Assembly: GCA_963700155.1 (NCBI GenBank)
Contig: OY969472.1
Coordinates: forward strand, 744,690-808,689
DNA from: an uncultured bacterium
GTDB lineage: Bacteria; Patescibacteriota; Dojkabacteria; J137
Direction: 5' to 3'
DNA: 64,000 nt
Part shown: positions 10,401 through 19,762 of the stretch, piece after piece
How positions within the stretch are numbered: position 1 is the stretch's first letter
How the letters are laid out: each line of letters begins with the position of its first letter
Made by a program: the position numbers and the translations under genes
Notes under the pieces: model-generated
What the model saw: only the letters and a program-made list of their open reading frames with translations
What the model was told of the DNA's origin: nothing
The model's database searches: none

Positions 10401-10529
10401 TTATTTTCCAGTAGTAGCGATCTGAAACAGGAGAAGTAATGGAGGTGCAACAAGACTTGCAATGATTGCTATAGTTAAAATCCACCATAGTATTGTTTTG
10501 TGACTTTCTTTAAGTTTGATTTTTGCCAT
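10401..10529 (-). CDS. Small membrane protein, 42 aa (not in ORF track)
   Basis: Manual translation MAKIKLKESHKTILWWILTIAIIASLVAPPLLLLFQIATTGK; basic N-terminus + TM; directly upstream of recG. Confidence 0.6.
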   Translation of the reverse strand: MAKIKLKESHKTILWWILTIAIIASLVAPPLLLLFQIATTGK

Positions 10530-10570
10530 GTAGCAATATTACTACAATTTTTTTCTATTGTTAAATAAAC

Positions 10571-10873
10571 TTAAATAACCTGTTCATTTCTTAGTCTTTC
10601 AAAAAGCTCATCTAGTTTTTGTTCATCAACATATGGGTAATTATGGGGAGTAAGTTTATATTTTAAGAGTATTTTCCTTGCAAAATCTTCAGATGTACTT
10701 TTTTGACTAACAGTATTGAGTGCTTTCTCAGTAAGAATATAATTTATTCATTGGTTTAACTTAAATCCATAAGTTTGAGCTTCCTCTTTTAATATCTCAA
10801 TTATTTCTTCAGGAAGTCTTACTCTTGTTTGAACATTTTTATTTCTTTTATTATGATGTGTATTTTTACTCAT
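10571..10873 (-). pseudogene. Ribbon-helix-helix (Arc/HicB-like) DNA-binding protein with in-frame TGA
   Basis: MSKN...VQTRVRLPEEIIEILKEEAQTYGFKLNQ*INYILTEKAL...; TGA at 10748-10750; frame continues to TAA at 10571. Confidence 0.6.
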
Positions 10874-10927
10874 TGCAGAATTTTAACACAGGTGAAAGGA
10901 GGTGCTTTTAAAAATGCAACTTTTCGT

Positions 10928-10980
10928 GTGGCACAGAACCGTCACATTTCATGTCTTCTTTTGAGCCAATTCTGTGCCAC
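10928..10980. repeat. 11-bp perfect inverted repeat GTGGCACAGAA / TTCTGTGCCAC, 31-nt spacer
   Basis: Read directly from sequence. Confidence 0.8.
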
Positions 10981-11102
10981 TAGATTTTGTAACAAAAAAA
11001 GGATAGATAGCAGATCAATAAAAATTCAGTAAAGTTGCTTTCAGTGATTCTTAGTCAATAATTTATTCTACTGATGGAATACCAGTAAGTATTTTGGAAT
11101 TA

Positions 11103-11333
11103 TCAGAAATTTTTCAAATTTATTTGGGAAATCATTTCTGAAATATTTAAACCTGAAACTTCCATAATAATATTTGCTATAGTTCTTTTCAACTTATTTT
11201 TATCAATCGTAATACCATTGATCCTATCTTCGATCAGTTTTGTCACTACTCTAGCCAATCTTATTTGTAGTAAATTAAACTACTGTTTAGTTAACCCAGA
11301 ATCTTCTAACTGTTCTTCAAGTAAATATTTCAT
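11103..11333 (-). pseudogene. Decayed hypothetical gene with in-frame TAG
   Basis: MKYLLEEQLEDSGLTKQ*FNLLQIRLARVVTKLIEDRINGI...; starts 12 nt after the upstream gene. Confidence 0.4.
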
Positions 11334-11344
11334 ATTTAATATTA

Positions 11345-11863
11345 TTATGCTTCAATTGCTTCTGCCCCAGCTTCCTTTAATAGTTCCAAGATTTCATTCA
11401 TAGTAGTAGTTTCTGTTAAAAATTCTCTTCTTGTATGTATTAGCTCATTTAATTTCATCTCCTGCTCTTTGGTAAGAAATGCTGTAAATTTTATTGGAGA
11501 AATATCATCACTGTGTCTAATAATTGTTACTCTTACTGAATAGCCTTCTGGAATAGAAGCATTTTCATAACTTTTAATTTCTTCATCGGAATCAAAATAA
11601 AGAAAACCTCCATAAAAATTTATTGATTTTCGTATTGTTTGATAGTTTCTTTCTACAAGTTCTGGGTTTCGAAAATTAAGTAGATCTGAACTTACCTTGT
11701 AACTATATAAAAAGCTTTTAATTTTTTCATCTGAAAAATCTAAGTTGGGATGCTCATTTGCAAAAAGCATTAAAGAATATTTGTTTTTTATTCTCATAGC
11801 TGAAGTTAGAATATTCATGTCTAAATCGGGAAATGAATCTGCCATAAGTTTTTTAATTAACAA
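11345..11863 (-). CDS. Hypothetical protein
   Basis: ORF in co-oriented cluster; no family recognised. Confidence 0.6.
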   Translation of the reverse strand: MLIKKLMADSFPDLDMNILTSAMRIKNKYSLMLFANEHPNLDFSDEKIKSFLYSYKVSSDLLNFRNPELVERNYQTIRKSINFYGGFLYFDSDEEIKSYENASIPEGYSVRVTIIRHSDDISPIKFTAFLTKEQEMKLNELIHTRREFLTETTTMNEILELLKEAGAEAIEA

Positions 11864-12898
11864 TTAAAAGCTTTCGGTCATTTCTAAATCATTGTTTTTT
11901 ATATATTCAACCAGTAACTTGCATAGATCTTCACTGTCTTTGACTTTATCATTAACTTGATAGTTTCCACCGGCGGCCATGAAATGGCCGCCGCCATTAA
12001 AAGCTTCAGCCAGTTTTCTGACATTTGGACCACCTGGAGTTGATCTGAATGAAATTCCAAGTGTATCTTCATAATCAGGTGTTACGACAAATCCCCAATT
12101 GTGATTCTTTACTTGTCGAAGAATAATATTTTTATACTTAGCGTTAGCGCTTTTAATCAATTCACTATCGAATTTATTTCTAACTTCAAGTGGTAAGTAT
12201 GAATATGTAAAAGGCGGCTTTCCCTGTAGTTCTACATTAGTTGTTTTAGCGATCATCAATTTTAGCAATTCAAACTCATCAGGTTCCATTTGGGAAAGCC
12301 GCAATTCTAAAGTTTGAACATCAAATTTACCAAAGTCTATCAATTCTTTCCCTATCGTAAATGTCTCTGAACTTTTGTAACTTAAATACCTGAATGTCCC
12401 AGTATCTCCTAGAATTCCAGTTAATATTACTTCTGCTACTTCTCTATCTAATAATTCCTTTCTATTTCTAAAAAAGTACTTATATATCAATTGTGAACAT
12501 GAAGCTGCTCCTACTTCACTAAAATCTAGAGTAAAATTATCAGCTTGATTTGGATGGTGGTCAATGCAAATTGATTTGAATTTAGATAAGTCTATTTTTT
12601 CTTCTTCATGTGCAAATCTATCTATTGTGTTTCCATCTAGGAATATTAAAGTATCATAATCATTAATAATATCGACAATATCCTTAACCCATTGAATCTT
12701 TTCATAATTTTTTAGGAAACTAAATGATTGGTATGGATTTTCTTCTGCAAAATATAATCCGTATTCTTTATCTGAATATGCTTTAGAAAGATAATCGTAC
12801 ATTGAAAGCATTGAGCATACAGCGTCCCAGTCTGGGAATTTATGCGAACAAAGAAATATTTTTTTTGAGTTTTTAATAATTTCTTCAAATTTATCCAT
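11864..12898 (-). CDS. DHH/DHHA1 phosphoesterase (NrnA-like)
   Basis: HKFPDWD, IDHH, GILGDTG, SFRS, GGGHFMAAG. Confidence 0.93.
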   Translation of the reverse strand: MDKFEEIIKNSKKIFLCSHKFPDWDAVCSMLSMYDYLSKAYSDKEYGLYFAEENPYQSFSFLKNYEKIQWVKDIVDIINDYDTLIFLDGNTIDRFAHEEEKIDLSKFKSICIDHHPNQADNFTLDFSEVGAASCSQLIYKYFFRNRKELLDREVAEVILTGILGDTGTFRYLSYKSSETFTIGKELIDFGKFDVQTLELRLSQMEPDEFELLKLMIAKTTNVELQGKPPFTYSYLPLEVRNKFDSELIKSANAKYKNIILRQVKNHNWGFVVTPDYEDTLGISFRSTPGGPNVRKLAEAFNGGGHFMAAGGNYQVNDKVKDSEDLCKLLVEYIKNNDLEMTESF

Positions 12899-12901
12899 AT
12901 T

Positions 12902-13567
12902 TTAAGCTTTTCCCTCCCATTCTTTCGCGAAGCGTTTTAAATAATCTTCCATGTATTTATGTCGGCTTTGGGCCATCTTTTTACCAGTTTTAGTATTCAT
13001 TAAATCTTTTAATTTTAACAACTTTTCATGAAAATGATTTATTGCAGTTCTTTTTGTTGTTCCAACCGCTTTAATATATTCATCAGTACTTTTATATGAA
13101 GGCACTGGAATTTCAGGATCATAAAAAACTTCTTTGTAAACCGCAGCTCCGGCAAATACTCTGGCGATTCCAATAGCACCTAAAGCATCTAACCTATCAG
13201 CGTCTTGAACAATCAATCCTTCAACACCTTTCATCTTATTCTTGCCTATCCCACCTTTAAAAGAGATATTATCAACGATGAAACATACTTGATCAATCAT
13301 TTTTGCATCAATACCTATTGATTCAAGAAATTCCTTTGATATTCTTGAACCTGCATGTAAGTCATCTTTATAAATCTTCCAGTCCCCAACATCATGAAGC
13401 AATGCTCCAAGTTCAATAAGAAAAAGATCTCCACCTTCCCTCTTTTGCAAATATTTAGCATTATTCCAAACCCTTTTTATATGCCACCAATCATGACTCG
13501 GTTCTGTATCTTCAAATTTTGATTTAACAAAATCTGCTGTTTTTTGAATAATATCTTTTTTATTCAT
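12902..13567 (-). CDS. HD-domain phosphohydrolase (YedJ-like)
   Basis: HDWWHIKRV, LLHDVGD, VQDADRLDALGAIGIAR, HFHEKLL. Confidence 0.93.
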   Translation of the reverse strand: MNKKDIIQKTADFVKSKFEDTEPSHDWWHIKRVWNNAKYLQKREGGDLFLIELGALLHDVGDWKIYKDDLHAGSRISKEFLESIGIDAKMIDQVCFIVDNISFKGGIGKNKMKGVEGLIVQDADRLDALGAIGIARVFAGAAVYKEVFYDPEIPVPSYKSTDEYIKAVGTTKRTAINHFHEKLLKLKDLMNTKTGKKMAQSRHKYMEDYLKRFAKEWEGKA

Positions 13568-14076
13568 TTCCTTCTCTCTTTAAATAAGAGTTCTTGTCTA
13601 TGATCGTCAATATTAATAAAATCATCCGCTAAATCTATAAGCTCACTATTTGCTGTTCTTTCAAAAGCAATAACTTCAACAAGACAACCTGCAGATTGTA
13701 GATAATTTACTACTGGTTTAAAATCTCCATCTCCAGAAATCAGTACAATAGAATCAACCTTAGGAGCTAATCTTACAGCATCAATCGCAATTCCAACATC
13801 CCAGTCACCTTTTTTTGCTCCACCAAAGAAAGTTTGAAGTGGTTTTTCCTTAGTTTCAAACCCAGCATTATTAACTGCTTCAAAGAACTCATTATCTTCT
13901 CCGGGTTGTGCATTTATAACATATGCTAAAGCTCGAGTTAAAATCCTATCTTTTACTGCAAGCTGAAGAAGGTTTTTGAAGTTTATTTTAGCTTTATGAA
14001 GATTCTTGGCTGAATAATATAGATTTTGGACATCAACTAATACTGCTACTCTCTGGTCTTTATTTCGAACAATCAT
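13564..14076 (-). CDS. NYN/LabA (DUF88) domain protein
   Basis: VDVQNLY, KGDWDVGIAID, SGDGDF. Confidence 0.93.
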   Translation of the reverse strand: MIVRNKDQRVAVLVDVQNLYYSAKNLHKAKINFKNLLQLAVKDRILTRALAYVINAQPGEDNEFFEAVNNAGFETKEKPLQTFFGGAKKGDWDVGIAIDAVRLAPKVDSIVLISGDGDFKPVVNYLQSAGCLVEVIAFERTANSELIDLADDFINIDDHRQELLFKERRK

Positions 14077-14098
14077 AATTATTTATATATAAAAAATA

Positions 14099-14413
14099 TT
14101 AATTTTCAAGATTTTGTTTTATAAATCTAACAAGGATCTGATAAGAATTCATAAATTCAATAAATGTATTTAATATTGGATCATCAATCTTATGTTCTCG
14201 AGATCGATCTATACGAATATTATGTAAGAGTGTATTAGCATTATATTGGAATTCTTCTAGTTCATGGATTAACTGTTGTAAAGAAATTGTTCCTGATTTA
14301 GAAATGATTTCATCAAGTTCATAAGTTAGACTATTAATAATTTCACTATCGGTGCCAACAATACCCTCAAGTTTCTCTTGATTATCTAATGTAGGAAATC
14401 GTAATTGAGTCAT
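14099..14413 (-). CDS. Hypothetical protein
   Basis: ORF co-oriented with the NYN operon. Confidence 0.55.
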   Translation of the reverse strand: MTQLRFPTLDNQEKLEGIVGTDSEIINSLTYELDEIISKSGTISLQQLIHELEEFQYNANTLLHNIRIDRSREHKIDDPILNTFIEFMNSYQILVRFIKQNLEN

Positions 14414-14611
14414 TAGAATTTATATAAAAATTCATTTAATAAGTTTAGCATTTATATTGTTTTAGGACTATTATCAGAGTTTATAACTTTGTAGTAGCTC
14501 TTATTTAACGAAATGGATAAATATTTAAGTCGATAATAAAAATTACTAATATTGAAATTAAAACCTATACATATTAAACTGATTGATAATGTAAATTATC
14601 AATTTTAATCT

Positions 14612-15034
14612 ATGAAAAAAATTAAACTAAAGACTGATTTTCCTGTTGATACAGGAAAAAAAGAAGAAAATAATAAAAAAATTTTAATTGTAGAAGATGA
14701 AGAAGCTTTATCCTCTACTTTATCATTAAAGCTTGAATCAGCTGGGTTTAAGACTTTTGTTGCAGTAAATGGAATAGATGCTTTAGAAATGATTAAAAAT
14801 AATAAGTATGATCTTGTTTTACTTGATTTGATGCTCCCAGGTAAAGATGGCTTTGAAGTATTACAAGATTTACATAATGATAATTATGGTGGATTGGTTA
14901 TTGTATTGTCAAATTTGAGTCAGGAAGAAGATATTGACAGAGTTTTATATTTAGGTGCGAAAAAGTTCTTAGTGAAGTCTAAGGTTCAATTGTCTGAAAT
15001 AGTAGATAATATTAAAGAACTACTGCATTTATGA
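14612..15034 (+). CDS. Single-domain response regulator (receiver)
   Basis: ILIVEDE, LLDLMLPGKDG, LSN, GAKKFLVKS. Confidence 0.93.
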   Translation: MKKIKLKTDFPVDTGKKEENNKKILIVEDEEALSSTLSLKLESAGFKTFVAVNGIDALEMIKNNKYDLVLLDLMLPGKDGFEVLQDLHNDNYGGLVIVLSNLSQEEDIDRVLYLGAKKFLVKSKVQLSEIVDNIKELLHL

Positions 15035-15074
15035 ATAATTTAGATGGAAAAAATTTATTAAAGATTCTTACTGA

Positions 15075-15248
15075 AATTTTGATTTAGCAAATCTTCTTAT
15101 AGATAAATATATGACATCTATACCAGCAGATCTAATAACTGGAAGCAGTAAAAATACTGGTTATGAAATCTGTAAGAATTCAAATAATAGAATCACAGTT
15201 ACTGCAAGAGATAGTGAAAATGGGAAATTAATATCAGTTAATATTTAG
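15075..15248 (+). pseudogene. C-terminal remnant of a CPR-type type IV pilin
   Basis: FDLANLLIDKYMTSIPADLITGSSKNTGYEICKNSNNRITVTARDSENGKLISVNI resembles CPR pilin C-termini; no prepilin N-terminus in frame (TGA at 15072). Confidence 0.55.
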
Positions 15249-15294
15249 TTAGTAACAATTTGGATTAATAAAAGTTAGATTTTATCCAGAATTT

Positions 15295-16497
15295 ATGGCT
15301 AAAAATACAGTATCTCCCGTTCTTTTTGATATCTCTGCTGATATTGCTGGAGAAATCCCTATAGATTTAGTACAGGAATGGGCCAACAGCAACCTTACAA
15401 AAAAAACACATAATGAGCTGTTGGCCCCTTTTATAATTGAAGGAACGGTAGTCTCTTCTGATTCTGCAGGACTTAGTAAGTTAAGTGAGGAAAAAGGATT
15501 AATTGAAGTTATGAAACTTGTGAATGATCCTAAGGAAGTAATATTTAAACATGGTGTAAGTATTGGGGGAAGAGCAATCGGAACATGGTTTGCTGATAAC
15601 ACAGAAATGATTTATAGTAATGATATAGATTTGAATGAACTTCTAAAATATTTAGCTTCAGCTCAGAGGGAAATTTCTAAACTACCAGTTCAGGTCGGAT
15701 TATGTGTCCATAAAGGCAAATTCATTGAGATAGGTAATGGTTTATATGGTGATGATGCAGATTATGTTGAAAGTATTGCTGAAGATTATACTTCTGGTGG
15801 TGAAATTGTTGTTTCTAATAAAGTTAAGAATCTTGCTAGAAAACATAAAACTCTGTTTGATTTAAGACAAGATCTTGTAAATGAATTCGGTCAAATTTTC
15901 AAATTAAATTATGAACCCTTAGAAGTAAAATCATTTCCTTTTATAGATGAGCTCTATCCAATTCCTTTCAGTGAGGAATTTTATAATGATATGAAGAGCG
16001 GAAATTTTGATGAAACTGAAAAGAAATACACTCAAAAACAAATCGTAGTATTAGTTAAAGTTGACCACCCAAATGATACTCTACTTTTAACGCACCTTAG
16101 TAATCTCGCACTTTCAAATTATTACTCAAGAAAAATTTCCGCTCAGTTTCCAATTTCAGAGATAAAATCAAATGGTCAGTTAGCAATTTATGTTACAAAT
16201 AATGTAATCGCTTCAATTGAATTTGCTTTAGAATTGAGGAAGACTTTGAAAGATAATGATTTTCTTTGTAAAATTGGTATTTCAAGTGGTGAGGTTTTGG
16301 TATTCGATATGCGTTCCGGAGGGAAAGAAATTGCTGGTGAGCCTGTTAATATTGCTTCAAAATTGGCTGAAGATTATGGTAAATTCGGATATATTTATAT
16401 TCATGATTCTATTTCTTTACCAGGAAAATATACAAAAAAAGCAGATGATGTTATCGCAAAAGTTTCCCATGTAGAACTAAAAGGATGGAAAATGTAA
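15295..16497 (+). CDS. Soluble class III nucleotide cyclase-like protein, two tandem domains
   Basis: SSDSAGLSKL/ADN metal-site region, VGLCVHKG, second domain IGISSGEV...IAGEPVNIASKL. Confidence 0.8.
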   Translation: MAKNTVSPVLFDISADIAGEIPIDLVQEWANSNLTKKTHNELLAPFIIEGTVVSSDSAGLSKLSEEKGLIEVMKLVNDPKEVIFKHGVSIGGRAIGTWFADNTEMIYSNDIDLNELLKYLASAQREISKLPVQVGLCVHKGKFIEIGNGLYGDDADYVESIAEDYTSGGEIVVSNKVKNLARKHKTLFDLRQDLVNEFGQIFKLNYEPLEVKSFPFIDELYPIPFSEEFYNDMKSGNFDETEKKYTQKQIVVLVKVDHPNDTLLLTHLSNLALSNYYSRKISAQFPISEIKSNGQLAIYVTNNVIASIEFALELRKTLKDNDFLCKIGISSGEVLVFDMRSGGKEIAGEPVNIASKLAEDYGKFGYIYIHDSISLPGKYTKKADDVIAKVSHVELKGWKM

Positions 16498-16512
16498 ATA
16501 TTTATCTCTAAA

Positions 16513-16902
16513 TTAAGCTACATTTGACGTAGGCATAGCTTTAAAAAGTTCAGATAAATTATTTTCAGAGTCTAAAAAGAAAGCACTCCAGCCAAAATTT
16601 TCAATTGTTATTGTTGGACCTAATGATTTCCCTCCATTTGCCTCAATCTCTTTCATTTTTTCATCAATATCATCCACATAAATAACAACTACTGTACTTT
16701 TGACATGTTTCCTGTCAACGATATCTCCATTGATTGCTCCAGGTGTTTTCGGTCTCATTGTACTCTTATCAACTTCAGTTGTATTAGCCATGGCAACGTC
16801 TTGTTGATACGGTACAATTTTCCAACCGAAGACTGTTTGGTAAAATTTCTTTGCTCTCTCCATATCGTCAGCAGGAATTTCAAAGTGTACTACGCTGTTC
16901 AT
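16513..16902 (-). CDS. VOC/glyoxalase family protein
   Basis: VVHFEIPADDMERAKKFY...FLDSENN. Confidence 0.92.
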   Translation of the reverse strand: MNSVVHFEIPADDMERAKKFYQTVFGWKIVPYQQDVAMANTTEVDKSTMRPKTPGAINGDIVDRKHVKSTVVVIYVDDIDEKMKEIEANGGKSLGPTITIENFGWSAFFLDSENNLSELFKAMPTSNVA

Positions 16903-16967
16903 AGTTTAGAATCTTAAGAAGTATTATTTATATTTTACCAGAAGATTCTTAATTAAATTGAAGTTTA

Positions 16968-17669
16968 TTAACGATAATCATCTAAGTTTTTTGGAATCAT
17001 TGTTCCCATTCCTTTCCACTCTTCTGCTATGGATAAACCAGTATTGAATACCTCTTTCAGTATTTTTTCTGCAATAATTTGATTCCCGATCTCATTACAG
17101 TGTAGATAATCCCGATCACCAGGTTTCATGTCCCATTCGCTGTTACCCCATGGACAAATATAAGTAAAAAGTTTATTTAAATCATATTTTTTAAATTCAT
17201 TGTAAATATCTATGAAGATAGTATTAAATTCCTCAGATAATTCTTTATAAGTATTATTAAAATTTTCCAAGGTGCTGCTCCATTTTGGATTTGGAGTTTC
17301 GTACTGAGACCAGATAACTATATCTGAATTTATTTCCTGAATTTTTTCTAAAAGTTTTGAGGCCCTGGATTTCAAATTTGAGAATTCTTTAATATTATTA
17401 AACCCGAGAGACATTATAGTTATATCTGGCTTGTACATTGCTATAGAAGTCTCGAAATTTTCTAAGAAGTACTCAATATCTGATCCATCAATTCCTTGAT
17501 TAATAATTTTTCTATTCAATCCTTTTGGCCATTCAGGTTCTTGCTTTAAAACAAATGTTATCCAATCAACCCAGTTTGGATGGCACCACTCTTGTGAGGT
17601 TGTACTGTCACCAATACAAAGTACTACTAAAGGTTCAAAATTATTAAGTTTTTTCTGGAAGTTTTTCAT
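16968..17669 (-). CDS. SGNH/GDSL hydrolase
   Basis: GDSTT, NQGIDG, GFNN, DYLH blocks. Confidence 0.9.
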   Translation of the reverse strand: MKNFQKKLNNFEPLVVLCIGDSTTSQEWCHPNWVDWITFVLKQEPEWPKGLNRKIINQGIDGSDIEYFLENFETSIAMYKPDITIMSLGFNNIKEFSNLKSRASKLLEKIQEINSDIVIWSQYETPNPKWSSTLENFNNTYKELSEEFNTIFIDIYNEFKKYDLNKLFTYICPWGNSEWDMKPGDRDYLHCNEIGNQIIAEKILKEVFNTGLSIAEEWKGMGTMIPKNLDDYR

Positions 17670-17673
17670 TGAT

Positions 17674-18003
17674 TTAAGGTTCTAATACATCCTCATCTTT
17701 ATATGGAGGAATATTTATACATAATAATTTCATTTTACCAAAATCTGCATACATATCACCTTTCTGTATATAAACAAGATCTCCTTCTTTAACTTGATAT
17801 AATAGATCATTTATTATAAATCGACCATTCCCATTGGCTACATAGTACCAAGAATCACTTTCAAGATGAGTTACAAGTCTATTCTCTCCATCTAACAAAA
17901 TTTCGGCAATGCTTATTTGATCATCTTTATATAAATCTCGAATTGTAATCACATCCTTATCAATAGAATCAATATTATCTGGTTTTATAATTCTTGAAGG
18001 CAT
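17674..18003 (-). CDS. Cupin domain protein
   Basis: HLESDSWYYVANGNG...GDLVYI. Confidence 0.85.
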   Translation of the reverse strand: MPSRIIKPDNIDSIDKDVITIRDLYKDDQISIAEILLDGENRLVTHLESDSWYYVANGNGRFIINDLLYQVKEGDLVYIQKGDMYADFGKMKLLCINIPPYKDEDVLEP

Positions 18004-18540
18004 TTAATTTATATATTGATATATTTGTTCTAAATTATCAGTAGTAGTGTTATCTGGAATAATTAGATGAATACTATGATAGTAAGGATGGCTTTCATCA
18101 TAAATATCACTTACTGCATAGAGCGGCTTACCAGCTTCATTAACTGAAATTTTATATAATTTACAACCCGCATTTGTAATTTGTTTATTATATTCAATAT
18201 TAAGTTTACCTTCGTAATATCTCTGAACGAATATACTCCAGCTGTATTCATCTATAAGCTCAAGCATTGATACAATATCATCAGAATAATGATTAGCTGA
18301 TATTCCATATTCTGTAATATATTCAGTTCCTTCAATTCTAATATTCATAAATGGGACTGGGACTTCAATTTTTTCGATTTTTAAATTTGAGTATTTATCT
18401 AAGTTTTTATTAAAAACATCATAGAAGTATAGTTTAATTAATTCTATATCACTTTCATAAACAGGATCAGTAGGTTCCTGAGTATGTGAATTCATAATAT
18501 CAATTTTTAACTTAATAAATTTAAAATCATATCTATACAC
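18004..18540 (-). CDS. Hypothetical protein (start may be the internal Met of MNSH)
   Basis: ORF abutting the cupin gene. Confidence 0.55.
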   Translation of the reverse strand: MYRYDFKFIKLKIDIMNSHTQEPTDPVYESDIELIKLYFYDVFNKNLDKYSNLKIEKIEVPVPFMNIRIEGTEYITEYGISANHYSDDIVSMLELIDEYSWSIFVQRYYEGKLNIEYNKQITNAGCKLYKISVNEAGKPLYAVSDIYDESHPYYHSIHLIIPDNTTTDNLEQIYQYIN

Positions 18541-19106
18541 TCCTTACCCTCATCATTTTTATACTTGCCTATTTCTTTAAAATCGTTACGCATGTAAAAT
18601 TTAATAGCGTTATAATTATCACTAAATACTCCACCCCATAAGATAATCCTTTGTTGCCCTAACTTTTTAGCAATCTCTTTTATATTTGGGAAAATCATAC
18701 TAGCAAGACCTGTTCCTTGAAATTTATCAGCAACACAAGGTCCAAACCTACAATCTTCTCCATGATGTAATTCAATTCCATAATCTTTGAATCTTTCTAA
18801 ATCGTTTTTAGGAATATCCATGCTGAACTCAAATAACCCAATTACTTCTTCCTTAAAATCAGCAATAAATCTTATCTTGTCATACTTTGCTATATCGTCG
18901 CACATTTGTTGTGCAGTTTTCTGATCAAAAGAGTCGAGTTTGTAAAATTCTCTAGTTGAAGTTGAAAGATTAGTTAGAAACTGAGTAAGTATGTTTACAT
19001 CTTTACTTTCTAAAGGTCGAAGAACAGCATTTTGCCCATCACTTAAAGTTATAGAGAATTGTAAAATATTTGGATTTTGAGATATGTCCTTTATTGAATA
19101 GGCCAT
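18507..19106 (-). CDS. GNAT family acetyltransferase
   Basis: VADKFQGTGLA motif A; NYNAIKFY..NDF. Confidence 0.88.
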   Translation of the reverse strand: MAYSIKDISQNPNILQFSITLSDGQNAVLRPLESKDVNILTQFLTNLSTSTREFYKLDSFDQKTAQQMCDDIAKYDKIRFIADFKEEVIGLFEFSMDIPKNDLERFKDYGIELHHGEDCRFGPCVADKFQGTGLASMIFPNIKEIAKKLGQQRIILWGGVFSDNYNAIKFYMRNDFKEIGKYKNDEGKECIDMILNLLS

Positions 19107-19122
19107 TTTTAGAATTTTAAAA

Positions 19123-19207
19123 CGGAGGGAGTGAGATTCGAACTCACGGACCCTTGCGGGTCACTCGTTTTCAAGACGAGCACGATCGGCCACTCTGTCA
19201 TCCCTCC
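19123..19207 (-). tRNA. tRNA-Ser (TGA)
   Basis: Cloverleaf GGAGGGA..., anticodon arm CTCGT-CT TGA AA-ACGAG, long variable arm, GTTCGAATC; CCA not encoded. Confidence 0.97.
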
Positions 19208-19257
19208 TTTGTGCTTATGTATTATACTAAGAAATCGTTGTATCGACTAGATTTTTT

Positions 19258-19686
19258 GTGTTAGAAATAACTATACGTTTAATTTATTATATTTTTATGG
19301 ATAAAATACCTGATAGTTCTGAAGATATCTTAAATGCTCTTCCAATTGAAATTAAAGAAATGATAATGAGTTCAAAAAAACTTAAAAGAATGTTTGTCAA
19401 ACTAAAAGGATTGGAACAAGAAAGAAAAAATCGAGAACAAAACTTGAAATTAATTGAGAAAGAATTTATAAATTTCATTACTAAAAAATTTGATATTGAT
19501 CTGATGCCTAATAAAAGAAGAATAGATTATGAATTTACTATTAAGAGACTTAAAGATATAAACGCTGAAATACAACAACTAATTAATAAAATTAATGTAA
19601 AAATTAATAAATTAAATAAATTAATCTCTACAAAAATAGAAAATAATCGAAATGTTATTGATTTTATAAATACCCTCGAAATCTAG
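19258..19686 (+). CDS. Hypothetical coiled-coil protein (probable start ATG 19297)
   Basis: Helical K/E/I-rich ORF. Confidence 0.55.
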   Translation: MLEITIRLIYYIFMDKIPDSSEDILNALPIEIKEMIMSSKKLKRMFVKLKGLEQERKNREQNLKLIEKEFINFITKKFDIDLMPNKRRIDYEFTIKRLKDINAEIQQLINKINVKINKLNKLISTKIENNRNVIDFINTLEI

Positions 19687-19762
19687 CTATATATCCAACG
19701 AACTAAATAAAAATGATATACTAATAAGAAATTAATTTTAAATAGGTTCAATAAGAGCTGAT

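Noticed and set aside
10748-10750. TGA recoding (code 4/25) suggested by in-frame TGA codons
   Set aside because: TGA ends clear genes (27733, 38453, 15034) and long conserved genes contain no internal TGA
10829-11403. Plus-strand ORFs 10829..11032 and 11218..11403
   Set aside because: Antisense to minus-strand pseudogenes or genes; no recognisable protein features
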